A stretch of 64,000 nucleotides of DNA from an uncultured Holophagae bacterium (GCA_963801995.1 CAWDGW010000014.1:359523-423522), one strand, 5' to 3'; shown: positions 11,001 through 20,316, numbered from the stretch's first letter. The notes: a model not told the origin generated them from the sequence alone. Program-made: numbers and translations.

Positions 11001-11463
11001 AGTTCAGCTCTTCACCGGACCCCACGCGGACTACCATCGGCCCACGGACACGGCGGATGCCATCGACGCCGTGGGCATGGCGGTGGTGGCCGAGGCGGCC
11101 CATGAAGCGGTCGCGTACCTCGCCGAACGAACCGAGCCGCTGACCGTGACCATCCCGGGCTCCGAGCCGGCGGCGGAGGAGGACGCCCCAGCCCCGGCCA
11201 GGAGGGCCAGCCTGGGCACCATGCCCGACTTCTCCTTCGAGGGGCCTGGGGTCCGGGTCCAGCAGGTGATGCCGGGCTCTGCTGCCGAGGCGGCCGGAAT
11301 ACTGGCGGGCGATGTGGTGGTGGCCCTCGACGGCGAATCTGTGGAGGATCTGCGAGGCTACTCGACCCTCCTCAAGGCCCTCGCACCTGGCGACCGGGTA
11401 ACCGTCACCGTCCTCCGCGACAGCACCGAGCACGAGCTCTTCGCCACTCTGGGCGAACGGTAG
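8083..11463 (+). CDS. secreted multidomain peptidase: M1 gluzincin + M28 aminopeptidase + C-terminal PDZ
   Basis: Trimmed to signal peptide MRSTPLVSLAVFALATVAVA. HELLHNWWG zinc motif; M28 motifs HLDHLG, GADDNASGV, TAEEAG; PDZ GILAGDVVVALDG. Confidence 0.8.
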   Translation: MRSTPLVSLAVFALATVAVAEEPAPIHHALQVRLDPADHRIEVVDGLRLTGMDAEDDGGYRFVLHAGLNPEVASPHWRLHRLDEASPAAFLGINATSESAGGELPLEVWRLVPGENGGESVEIRYGGKIHHELTTSGEEYQRSFSETPGLIDERGVFLAGASYWVPTFGDQLMTFELEVGGLVPPWDVVSQGDRIRHHLVDGERVTVWRADHPTEEIYLVAGPWHEYSDRAGEVEILAFLRDDEPPLADKYLEATRRYLALYEAMLPAYPYGSFALVENFWETGYGMPGFTLLGPRIIRFPWILTSSYPHELLHNWWGNGAYVDFDRGNWCEGLTAYMADHLFAEQRGEAATYRRATLKKYSDFVSTGKDFPLSEFTSRRSAASEAVGYGKSLMLYHMVRRAVGDDAFLQAMSAFYEDNKFTRASFDDIAAAVELAAGGDWPEFFAAWVGRSGAPSLGIVDVKVGEPVVPNGPWKLRLHLRQQQAEEPFSISFPVAVTMDGVEEALVVESGSCQRDCLVEIQCPARPVRVDVDPEFDVMRRLDPLEVPPALSTVFGAPSPLFVIPADATEDERRAWTELAAGWALPEMPRVVLDSELEEMPEGPAWILGWSNLWAGKTADRVAVQGFGMDADVVRLPDEALPRAGHSLVVVARSVQNPAAAVGWVAADPVAAIPGLARKLPHYTRYSYLGFRGDEPENVAKGMWQPLSSPLVRHLGDGDPPPLVLPDRSPLAELPAVFDAAAMASAVAYLADPRLEGRGPGSEGLAEATRWVERQFGEIGLSPRGDHGFRQSWLWTGGDPEREIELVNLVGVLPGTDGALVDRPVVVLAHLDHLGLGWPDVRAGNQGRVHPGADDNASGVVALLELARAMANEPARPRPVVFAAVTAEEAGRVGSKHLLAGLAERSAPLACVNLDSVGRLGDGKLFVLNADSAREWRFIFMGVGYTTGAPVAVVAEPLDSSDQMSCIEVGVPAVQLFTGPHADYHRPTDTADAIDAVGMAVVAEAAHEAVAYLAERTEPLTVTIPGSEPAAEEDAPAPARRASLGTMPDFSFEGPGVRVQQVMPGSAAEAAGILAGDVVVALDGESVEDLRGYSTLLKALAPGDRVTVTVLRDSTEHELFATLGER

Positions 11464-11533
11464 AGTCTGTGGAATGTGCTAGGGTACTGCGCTGTTGAGG
11501 CGGGTGATGCCGCAACGGCATGCTGGAGGGACA

Positions 11534-12106
11534 ATGATCACCTTTACCGACATGGCACAGCAGAAGGTCCGCGAGTACATGGACCAGAGCGAGAGCGAAT
11601 GCCTTGGTCTGCGTGTGATGGCCGATCGTCAGGGCAAACACCACTTCAGGTACAACCTGGCGCTGCTCAGCCAGGGCGACGCTCGCGACGACGATCTCAA
11701 GGTCGATCAGGGCTCGTTCACAGCCTATGTGGACCCGGCAACGGCCGAGATGCTCGACGGCACCTCGATCGACTTCGTGTCCGACTTTTCCGGTGCCGGC
11801 TTCAGATTCGACAATCCGCACGCGGTGGTCCAATGGGACGACCCGGTGGCGACACGGGTGCAGCAGGTGATCGATGACAAGATCGCGCCGTCGGTGGGTG
11901 GCCACGGCGGATGGGTCGAGCTGCTGGCGGTGGAAGGGGAAACCGCGGTGATTCAGTTCGGCGGAGGCTGCCAGGGCTGTGGCATGTCCCAGGTGACCCT
12001 CAAAGAAGGCATCGAGCGGGTGATTCTGGAGGACGTTCCAGAGATCAAGCGCGTTGTGGACGACACTGACCACGGGTCCGGCGACAATCCCTACTATTCG
12101 GGCTGA
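11534..12106 (+). CDS. nfuA: NfuA-type Fe-S cluster carrier (HesB-like N-domain + Nfu C-domain)
   Basis: GGAGGG precedes ATG 11534. C-terminal GGGCQGCGMS CxxC motif typical of the NifU C-terminal domain. Confidence 0.7.
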   Translation: MITFTDMAQQKVREYMDQSESECLGLRVMADRQGKHHFRYNLALLSQGDARDDDLKVDQGSFTAYVDPATAEMLDGTSIDFVSDFSGAGFRFDNPHAVVQWDDPVATRVQQVIDDKIAPSVGGHGGWVELLAVEGETAVIQFGGGCQGCGMSQVTLKEGIERVILEDVPEIKRVVDDTDHGSGDNPYYSG

Positions 12107-12143
12107 AGCCTTTCCCTCCCTCGCAAATGAGGCGGGAGGAGGA

Positions 12144-12185
12144 AATCTTCAATCTTCAATTTTCAATCTTCAATTTTCGAAAACC
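12144..12185 (+). repeat. AATCTTC heptamer array x5 + GAAAACC
   Basis: Lies between the convergent nfuA-like gene and cysE. Confidence 0.9.
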
Positions 12186-12212
12186 GCGTGGTTGAGCAGT
12201 CCGATCGAGTGC

Positions 12213-13175
12213 TCAGATCCCCCCGCCATTCTCGAAGGCTTCCGTCCGTGGGCGAACCTGGGAGATCCGGGTTCCCGGTGGGACGCTGTTGGTGAGCCAC
12301 ACGTTGCCGCCGATCACCGATCCGGCACCAATTCTGACCCTGCCGAGGATGGTCGCGCCCGAGTAAATCGTCACGTCATCTTCGATGATCGGGTGGCGCT
12401 CGATGCCCTTGATGGGACGGCCCTCATCGTCGAGGGGGAAGCTCTTGGCGCCGAGGGTGACCCCCTGGTAGATTTTGACCCGGTCGCCGATCACGCAGGT
12501 CTCGCCAATCACCACTCCGGTTCCATGGTCGATGAACAGGCTCTGGCCCAGCTGGGCCCCGGGGTGGATGTCGATTCCGGTGCGGCTGTGGGAGTCCTCG
12601 CTGATGATCCGCGGGATGAGCGGGATCTGCAACTTGTAGAGCTCGTGGGCTATGCGGTGGCTGGTGAGTGCCAGCACTCCCGGGTAACAGAAAATGGCCT
12701 CCGATGGGCTCGACGCCGCCGGGTCGCCCTCGTAGGCGGCCATGGCATCCAGCGCCAGCCGCCTGCGCAGCTCGGGCAGGCTGGCCAGAAATGACGCCGT
12801 GAGACGCCTCGCTTGTGCCGTGCAGTGTGCAGAGACACCCTCACCTGGCGCCTTGTCGCAGGCGAAACACAGGCCTCGCTGGACCTCGTCCGCCATGATC
12901 AGGGCGACACGGTCCAGGGTTGCTCCCATGTGGAACTCGAGGCTTTCCTCGGTGACGTCACGATTGCCGAAATAGCCGGGGAAGATGACCGACCGCAGCA
13001 ACTCGACCATCAGCACGATTTCGTCGCGCGACGGCATGTGGTGGCCGCGATAGGTCTTTCGCAGAGGCGTGGCGAGAGAGTCGGCCTGGCTGCGCAGTTC
13101 CCGGACCACTCGGTACAGCAACTGGGTTCCGCTGTCTCGATCGTCGTGATCGTCGATGAATTCGATGTTGGCCAT
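12213..13175 (-). CDS. cysE: serine O-acetyltransferase
   Basis: Hexapeptide-repeat beta-helix (GVVIGETCVIGDRVKIYQGVTLG) after a helical SATase N-domain. Alternative start at 13202. Confidence 0.8.
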   Translation of the reverse strand: MANIEFIDDHDDRDSGTQLLYRVVRELRSQADSLATPLRKTYRGHHMPSRDEIVLMVELLRSVIFPGYFGNRDVTEESLEFHMGATLDRVALIMADEVQRGLCFACDKAPGEGVSAHCTAQARRLTASFLASLPELRRRLALDAMAAYEGDPAASSPSEAIFCYPGVLALTSHRIAHELYKLQIPLIPRIISEDSHSRTGIDIHPGAQLGQSLFIDHGTGVVIGETCVIGDRVKIYQGVTLGAKSFPLDDEGRPIKGIERHPIIEDDVTIYSGATILGRVRIGAGSVIGGNVWLTNSVPPGTRISQVRPRTEAFENGGGI

Positions 13176-13322
13176 GTGAAAGTTCTCCACACGGGAGAAC
13201 ACAGGGGAGGCTCGGTTCGTTCCGACCTAGAAGGGACGTTTGAGTGCCAGGCTTTAGAAAGGTCGCAAGTATCGTAAGGTCTGACGGGCGGGGACAGGCG
13301 ATACGTTCAACGGACGAGCTGA

Positions 13323-14283
13323 TTACCAAAGCGCCACCGGGTTGATGATCATCTGGACGGTACCCTTGATGCGGGCCTGACCGAGCACAAACATGAATTC
13401 ATGGACACCCTCTTTGGCGAGACGTCCGGTATTCATGGTTTCCAGAATATAAATTCCACCTTTCTTGAGAAACTCGATATGGCCGTAGAAGACCTTGTCC
13501 CCCTGAACCGGCGGCACCACTTCAACACCCCACGTGTCGGCGCCCACTGCCATCGGACTGAGGGAAGCCAAGTAGGCCGCCGCCTCATTTGTCAGGCCCG
13601 GTTCCCCCGCTGCCCAGGCCTGGGGATCTGAGCTCAGCATGGCGTCGGTCCAACCGGTGTGCAACAACACCACATCGCCCTGGCGGATCTTCACTCCTTG
13701 GACACTGGCAGCAGCTTTGATGTCTGCCGAGGTGATGGCCTGGCCCGACGCCATGGTGTCGACGCCAAAATACCGGGCCATATCAAGCAACACTCCGCGG
13801 CCAATCAATGGTGGCACCTTGTCCGTACCGAGCCTTTTCAAACCCGAGATATCGATAAAATCGACCGCCTTGTTGCAGTTGTAGTAGACGCCGCCCTCAC
13901 CCATATGGCCGAGGCCGTCCAGTTGCGGTCCGATGCCAAACCACAGTTGGGCCAATCGTCGTTATACGAGGCATCCAACCAAGATCCGGGATCAGGCTGC
14001 GGCCGTTATGTTGCCCTGGCTGCACGATCTGAAGGGAAAAGGATCGGGGCGGGTAGGCCGGCATTTTCGGATCAACCACGATGCCCAGCGGGTGAGACTG
14101 TCCCTTCTTCACCAGTTGCACCGCCATGAGTATCTGTTCAGGGGAGACATGGTTGGCGGAGCCGATTTCGTCGTCCGCTCCCCAGCGGGATGGTATGCAA
14201 TCATCGGCTATGCCGGTCTGGCATATGCCGATGAAAGCCAGGGCAAAGAAAAAGGGACGAAATATTTTCGAAATCCTGTTCAC
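13323..14283 (-). pseudogene. putative cyclase / kynurenine-formamidase-like gene split by frameshift(s)
   Basis: The N-terminal part with signal peptide lies in ORF 13897..14283. The C-terminal part (GPQLDGLGHMGEGG...) lies in ORF 13323..13955 in another frame. The break is near 13950-13990. Confidence 0.6.
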
Positions 14284-14379
14284 GCTTCACTCTCCTTTTT
14301 CGGCGTCGTTTTTGCTTTTCAGGCCCATAGCCAGTGATCGGGATATCCACAACCGTATCACGGTGCAAGAAGACCAGCG

Positions 14380-14433
14380 CTGGCACCTTCAGCAAGTCGG
14401 CAAAGCGGTGCCTGGCACCCTTAGGCACCCTTA
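14380..14433 (+). repeat. REP family 1 copy (GTCGGCAAAGCGGTGCCTGGCACC) with extra GGCACCCTTA half-sites
   Basis: Palindrome GGTGCC-T-GGCACC. Same 24-mer as at 16447 (inverted), 17473 and 18330. Confidence 0.85.
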
Positions 14434-14570
14434 CGTTGATCGACCCTTCGGCGGGAGGCCTGAAGCGCGTGAGCCGCACCTCGAGCGACTCGTCGATGGC
14501 TTCGAGCATCACGTCCGTGTCATCGGGAACGGTGCCGGGCTTTAGCCCGCACTATTCACCACCCATCTAC

Positions 14571-16184
14571 TTAAGGATATCCGCCGACAGTTGATGACCA
14601 CTGGGAGGTGCTGCCAGACTCGAAACCGTCCATGAATATCAGCGACGACGTCTCGTAAGGCCCCATGTCCACGACCCGCCCTTCACCGTCCGGGACGCCG
14701 GTATCGGGGATCATGGGATCATCCTTGCGACGGGGCGTGCCATCGAGGTCGAGCTCGATCATCTCATCGGTGATGTGATCCTCGTCGAGGTCGGCGAGGT
14801 CGAGGGGGATCGCGGTACTGTCGCCGGCGTCGATGGCGGGAGAATCGAGGTTGGGCCGGAAGTCGGTGCCCGGGTTGACGAAGGATGGATCGATGTCCAG
14901 GTTGTCGGTTCCGGTTCCGGTCCAACCCCCCCTCGAAAATGCTGTGGTTAAGGGTCAAGGATTGTATGTCCCCGGCGATCTGAGGATCAATCCATGCGCT
15001 GTTCCCCCAGAAGATGCAGTTCGTGAACGTGATCGCCCCTGTGCAAATAAGTCCACGCCGCCGCCGGGGCCCGTATGGGCAGTATTGCCTGACACGGTCA
15101 CGTTGACGAAGACCGGCGGCTCCGGGTTAGCCCCCTCCAGGCGGAGGCCTCCGCCGCTCCAGGCGGTGTTTCCTGCGAAAAGGCAGTTGACCAGGATCAG
15201 GCGTTAAAGGGCGGCTCCGACGTCAACCCTGAGTCCACCGCCGGGGTGATTCGGTGCCTGGTTGTCGATGAAGCTGCAGTTGTACGCACGGATGACTCCA
15301 CCAACACCGGCCCAGGCCCCGCCTCCTCCATACAGGGCAAGGTTGTCGATGAGGGTGACGTTTACAAGGGTCACGCCGCCGCCCCAGGCGTTCACGCCGC
15401 CCCCCCACGGGTTGAAAACATCGTCAGCGTACCCACGGGTGATGGTGACTCCGTTGACCATGGCGGTCGAGTTGGAGCCGCCGGCGACGACCACGTGCCA
15501 GGAGTTGTCGGTTGCGTCGGGCCCGCCGATTTCACCGCTGAGGATTGTGGGGTGTGCGTTCCAGTCGCGCAGTTGGCGGACGGTCTCGCCACCGGCGAAG
15601 CCGCCGTAGACACGCACGCCGCTCTTGGTGAGGAATGCGTCCGATTCGACGGCCCCGGGCACGTAGGTCCCTTCGGCCACCCAGACTTCGATGCCCGACA
15701 CGGCGAGGTCGATGCCGTCCTGGAGATCGGTGAATGCGCTGGCCCACGACGAGCCGTCATTGGTTCCGGTCGCGTCGGTGTCGACGTAAACGAAGCCCAT
15801 GTCGATGTCGTTGCCGGTTGTTGCGCCACCGCTGACGGTCACCGTGTCTCGGTTCCCGTCACCGTCGGCGTCGTACCAGACGAGCACATCCTCAGGGCGC
15901 GGGTCGCCGAATACACCGTCGCGGGCCATCAGTGCAGCAACGTAATAGTCCCCGTCCTGAACAGGGATCGAAAAAGCTCCGCCGGAAATGGGAACGAAGA
16001 CCGATGCGTCCGGCGGCCCGTCAGGATTAGTGTGGGCCCCGATCTCGATCTGGGTGCCGGCGCCCGGATCGCCCCAGAAGGTCACGGTGCCCTCGATGTT
16101 ACCGGCGGCGAACGCACCCAGGGGGACCAGAGCCAGGATCAGATTCGAGATAACAATCGAACGGGCATGACTCGGATGACTCAT
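14571..16184 (-). pseudogene. secreted parallel beta-helix repeat protein, disrupted
   Basis: ORF 15204..16184 ends at an in-frame TAA (15204-15206), but NC.F.GN-type repeats continue beyond it. There is a frameshift near 15050 and another in the C7 run 14926-14932. The DGFESG C-terminal tail lies in ORF 14571..14762. Confidence 0.6.
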
Positions 16185-16430
16185 ACGATCCTCCCTGTTC
16201 GAGCAGTCCCCGGAAGGACTATGCGCTGGCTCGATGAAGTTCCTCGAAATCGAGAAAGCCTCATCAAAACAGCATCTGAAATTGTTTGGCTACCCAATTA
16301 AATAGTTCTTCTCCGGGGGGATGTCAACCTGGCTGGTGGCAACGGCCGGAAAGTGAACCAGGGCAACGGTTGGTAATTGACCCACCCTGGGCGGTTTCAG
16401 TGTAAGGAAAGGGAAGATGCAGTGGTTATA

Positions 16431-16470
16431 AAGGTGCCATATAAAGGTGCCAGGCACCGCTTTGCCGACT
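16431..16470 (-). repeat. REP family 1 copy, inverted orientation, with extra AAAGGTGCCA half-site
   Basis: GGTGCCAGGCACCGCTTTGCCGAC is the reverse complement of the 18330 copy. Confidence 0.85.
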
Positions 16471-16492
16471 TGTTAGAATCGACTCGGGATAA

Positions 16493-18320
16493 TTGATGCC
16501 AAGAGCAGGGCGTAGCTTCGAGGAAGGAAGGACCTACCACGTGTACAACCGCGTGGCCGGGGGAAGGATGGCGTTCGAGGACGACGAATTGGCCGGAACA
16601 TTCGTCGATCTTTTCCGGCAAGCGGCCGACCGGGACGAGGTCGCCGTCCTGGGTTGGTGCCTGCTCGGGAATCACTACCACATGATCCTCCGACAGGGCC
16701 CTGTGCCATGTCTCGGACGATGAAGACAATTCAGCAGGGCGTCAATAGAAAGAGGAACATCCGGGAAGGCACGACGGGCCTCTCTGGCAGGGGAGGTTTA
16801 AGGCCAAGGAGGTGTCAGATGACGACTACCTCCGCCAGTTGGTGGCGTACGTCCATCTCAATCCAGTAAAGGCAAATCGTTGCAGGACGGTTGATGATTA
16901 CCGATTGAGTGGGCATGGCGACGTTGTCGGCAAAAGGCGAAACCCGATCGTCAGGGGGGATGATGTTCTTCTGTTGTTCGGGGACAGGAGACGGGAGGCG
17001 CTGCGGCATTACCGCAGAGCTCTGGCTGGCATAGGCGGAGAGGAGTGGGCAGGTGAGGGTCCCGGCAACCTGCCGTGGTGGCGTCTGGGTCGGCCGACCG
17101 AGGAGGAGAGGCTGAAACGCAGCGAGGGGGCGTACATCGACGAATTGGGACGGAGTACGGCGATGTGGCGGCCAAGGATCGAGGCGAGGGACTGGGTCAA
17201 TTTGGCCTGTTCACATTTGGGCGTTAACCCAGAAGAGCTGAAAGGACACGGGCGTGACCCGGAGATCGTGAAGTGCCGGGAACTCATCGGATTGGTGGGA
17301 ATCGAGCGGTATGGAGTGAAAGTCAACGAATTGGCCGAGGTCCTCGAGAAGTCGCGGGACGGCGTGAGCAAGTCGATGCACTGCGGCGCGGTTCGAGGGT
17401 ATCTGACCCCGGAATGTGCCGCGGCCGCACAAGCGCTGGACGACGCTGCGGGAAGAGCCCTAATAGTGATAGGTCGGCAAAGCGGTGCTTCGCACCTTTC
17501 CATGGGTTGGTGCCTGCTCGGGAATCACTACCACATGATCCTCCGACAGGGCCCTGTGCCACTGTCTCGGACGATGAAGACAATTCAGCAGGGCGTCACT
17601 AGAAAGAGGAACCTCCGGGAAGGCACCTACGGGCCTCTCTGGCAGGGGAGGTTTAAGGCCAAGGAGGTGTCAGATGACGACTACCTCCGCCAGTTGGTGG
17701 CGTACGTCCATCTCAATCCAGTAAAGGCAAATCGTTGCAGGACGGTTGATGATTACCGATTGAGTGGGCATCGCGACGTTGTCGGCAAAAGGCGAAACCC
17801 GATCGTCAGGGGGGATGATGTTCTTCTGTTGTTCGGGGACAGGAGACGGGAGGCGCTGCGGCATTACCGCAGAGCTCTGGCTGGCATAGGCGGAGAGGAG
17901 TGGGCAGGTGAGGGTCCCGGCAACCTGCCGTGGTGGCGTCTGGGTCGGCCGACCGAGGAGGAGAGGCTGAAACGCAGCGAGGGGGCGTACATCGACGAAT
18001 TGGGACGGAGTACGGCGATGTGGCGGCCAAGGATCGAGGCGAGGGACTGGGTCAATTTGGCCTGTTCACATTTGGGCGTTAACCCAGAAGAGCTGAAAGG
18101 ACACGGGCGTGACCCGGAGATCTTGAAGTGCCGGGAACTCATCGGATTGGTGGGAATCGAGCGGTATGGAGTGAAAGTCAACGAATTGGCCGAGGTCCTC
18201 GAGAAGTCGCGGGACGGCGTGAGCAAGTGGATGCGCCGCGGCGCGGTTCGGAGGGTATCTGACCCGGAATTTGCCGCGGCCGCACAAGCGCTGGACCACG
18301 CTGCGTGGGAAGAGCCCTAA
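16493..18320 (+). pseudogene. REP-associated tyrosine transposase (IS200-like HUH/Y1 domain + DnaA_C-like HTH tail), disrupted by indels and an internal tandem duplication
   Basis: N-terminus YHVYNRV and HUH motif GNHYHMIL in ORF 16493..16723. The catalytic-Tyr region YVHLNPVKA occurs twice in the fused ORF 16812..18320. Copy 1 of the body carries several 1-2 nt indels relative to copy 2. Confidence 0.75.
17473..17501 (+). repeat. REP family 1 copy, degenerate, at the duplication junction
   Basis: GTCGGCAAAGCGGTGCTTCGCACCTTTCC; the palindrome is weakened (TGCTTCGCA). Confidence 0.8.
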
Positions 18321-18329
18321 TTGTGATAA

Positions 18330-18358
18330 GTCGGCAAAGCGGTGCCTGGCACCTTTCC
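18330..18358 (+). repeat. REP family 1 copy
   Basis: GTCGGCAAAGCGGTGCCTGGCACCTTTCC, located 10 nt after the RAYT stop codon. Confidence 0.85.
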
Positions 18359-18400
18359 GATACCAACAATGCTGAGGGCGGCATCAACATGTTCATCACC

Positions 18401-18420
18401 CATGACGTGCCCGGCACGTT
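18401..18420 (+). repeat. REP family 2 copy (CATGACGTGCCNGGCACGT)
   Basis: Palindrome ACGTGCC-C-GGCACGT. Shares the GTGCCNGGCAC core with family 1. Confidence 0.8.
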
Positions 18421-18509
18421 GAGCCACTCGTGGGCAGCCCGGTTGAGAGCGTCGCGCCCGGCACCCATCGAACGATCGCAGTTGCCCTCGGCGAGACAGC
18501 AGCGTAGGC

Positions 18510-19592
18510 TTGATTCGCATGCTCCTGCTCGTGCTCTATATCGCGCTCGCCATCGGGGTGTCATTCCTGTGCTCCATCATGGAAGCGGTGCTGCTCAGCG
18601 TCACTCCCGGCTACATGGTCGCGTTGGAGCAGCGCAGGCCGAACGCCGCGAACAGGCTGCGCAGGTTGAAGGAAAACATCGACGAGCCGCTGGCGGCGAT
18701 TTTGTCCCTCAACACGATCGCGCACACCGGCGGTGCGGCGGGCGCAGGCGCCCAGGCGGCACACGTCTTCGGAGACGCCTGGATCGGCCTGTTCTCCGCC
18801 GTTCTCACCTTCGCCATCCTGTTTTTGAGCGAGATCATCCCGAAGACCATCGGCGCCGTGTACTGGAAGCAGCTCACGCCGCCGGTGACGCGGCTGCTCG
18901 TCTGGCTCACAGTCGCTCTCAAACCGCTGGTGTGGATGAGCGGCTTGGTCAGCCGGGCGATCTCGGCCAAGCACGACCCGGTCCACGTCAGCCGCGACGA
19001 GATCCGCGCCCTGGCCGACCTCGGAGCGCGAAAGGGGGTCCTGGACGAGGGTGAATCGAGAGTGGTCAACGCGCTGCTGCACTCCCGTACGCTGCGCGCC
19101 GCCGACATCATGACGCCACGGACCATGATGTTCACCCTGCCCGAGGAGGAGACCGTCGGGGGCGTTGTCGCCGAACATCAGCCGCTGCGCTTCTCGCGTA
19201 TCCCGATCCGCGGCGACTCCATCGACACCCTTCGCGGATTCGTACTCAAGGACGAGATCCTCGAGCGCGCCGCCGGAGGTGAGACGGCCACCCGCCTCGC
19301 CGACCTCCGCCGCGAGCTGCTCCTGGTGCCGACCACGACCCTGTTACCGCGTCTTCTCGACCTGTTCCTCGAGTCTCGCGAGCACATCGCGGCGGTGCTC
19401 GACGAGTTCGGCGGAACCGCCGGTCTGGTCACCCTCGAGGACCTTCTCGAGACCGTGCTCGACCTCGAGATCGTGGACGAGGTCGACAGCGTCGAGGATT
19501 TGCGCGCAGCCGCCCGGGAAGACTGGCGACGCCGCGCCCGGCGCCTGGGCCTGCTCGATGACGACGGGGAATCTCCGAACCCACGGGAATGA
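18510..19592 (+). CDS. CNNM/DUF21 + CBS-pair membrane protein (HlyC/CorC family)
   Basis: N-terminal four-helix DUF21-like region followed by a CBS pair. TTG start, alternative ATG at 18519. Confidence 0.75.
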   Translation: MIRMLLLVLYIALAIGVSFLCSIMEAVLLSVTPGYMVALEQRRPNAANRLRRLKENIDEPLAAILSLNTIAHTGGAAGAGAQAAHVFGDAWIGLFSAVLTFAILFLSEIIPKTIGAVYWKQLTPPVTRLLVWLTVALKPLVWMSGLVSRAISAKHDPVHVSRDEIRALADLGARKGVLDEGESRVVNALLHSRTLRAADIMTPRTMMFTLPEEETVGGVVAEHQPLRFSRIPIRGDSIDTLRGFVLKDEILERAAGGETATRLADLRRELLLVPTTTLLPRLLDLFLESREHIAAVLDEFGGTAGLVTLEDLLETVLDLEIVDEVDSVEDLRAAAREDWRRRARRLGLLDDDGESPNPRE

Positions 19593-19604
19593 GCACGTTG
19601 GGTG

Positions 19605-19624
19605 AACGTGCCAGGCACGTCATG
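19605..19624 (-). repeat. REP family 2 copy, inverted
   Basis: AACGTGCCAGGCACGTCATG is the reverse complement of the 18401 motif. Confidence 0.8.
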
Positions 19625-19673
19625 TTGGACGATCTTAACCGCCGCCTGGCCACCCTCGGTTGGCGCAACATCA

Positions 19674-19694
19674 CATGACGTGCCTGGGACCTTT
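19674..19694 (+). repeat. REP family 2 copy, degenerate
   Basis: CATGACGTGCCTGGGACCTTT. Confidence 0.7.
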
Positions 19695-19788
19695 ATGGCT
19701 GAAATTGAGCAGGGTGCCACTCTAGAACGTGGCAGCCCTTCGTCGCCGTTTTCGCGACGATTCCCGGTGAGATATGCGGGTTAGCCCC

Positions 19789-20316
19789 TTACCGGCGAGA
19801 CTGTTCGCGAGATGGTGACGACATCACGACGCCGCAGCGCTCGAGGATGTCCAGGATCCGCTCCAAGTCCTTCTTTTCCACGTGGACCTCGCCGGAGTAC
19901 CGATCGGAGAGGTGGACATTCCAGAAACGACGAAGCTGGTTCGTCTCGTTCGTGGTTTTGAAATACTTGAAACCGTGCTTCATCGGTTCGATTCGGCTCA
20001 GCTGATCCCAGCGGAAGACGCCTTTGAACTGACCAGGCCTCTTTTTGTTGATCGTTCGCTTCTCGATTCCCGAACCTGTCAGCTGGTATTCGACCTTTTC
20101 GGTCACGCCCGGGACGGTTGCGGCAATGGCGCCGACCGCAGCGATGACCAGTGCCTTCACGGCCTGCGGCGAGTGGAAGACGAATAACGCCAGAGCGATG
20201 AAGGCCGCGAAGACCCCGGCGACGTAGAGCACGACGACCGGTCGGACCTTGCGTGCCGACCAGCGTTCCAGGACCTCCGAGGCGTCATGGTTCGATGTTT
20301 CCCCGCCGCTTTCCAC
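19789..20316 (-). CDS. hypothetical membrane protein
   Basis: 175-aa ORF with two hydrophobic helices followed by a soluble domain. No family recognised. Confidence 0.45.
   Translation of the reverse strand: MESGGETSNHDASEVLERWSARKVRPVVVLYVAGVFAAFIALALFVFHSPQAVKALVIAAVGAIAATVPGVTEKVEYQLTGSGIEKRTINKKRPGQFKGVFRWDQLSRIEPMKHGFKYFKTTNETNQLRRFWNVHLSDRYSGEVHVEKKDLERILDILERCGVVMSSPSREQSRR

Larger units (their letters stand above)
16431..18358 (+). mobile_element. REP-flanked RAYT locus (REPtron-like)
   Basis: The Y1/HUH transposase-like gene is bounded by inverted REP family 1 copies at 16431-16470 (reverse) and 18330-18358 (forward). Confidence 0.75.
16650..18358 (+). repeat. direct tandem duplication, units 16650-17501 and 17503-18358
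   Basis: Manual alignment shows near-identical units of 852 and 856 nt. Each starts at TGGGTTGGTGCC (HUH motif region) and ends right after a REP hairpin (CACCTTTCC). Confidence 0.9.

Noticed and set aside
14201-14512. 103-aa minus-strand ORF between the cyclase and beta-helix pseudogenes
   Set aside because: It reads straight through a REP hairpin, overlaps the cyclase start region, and has no motifs. It is likely spurious or a remnant.
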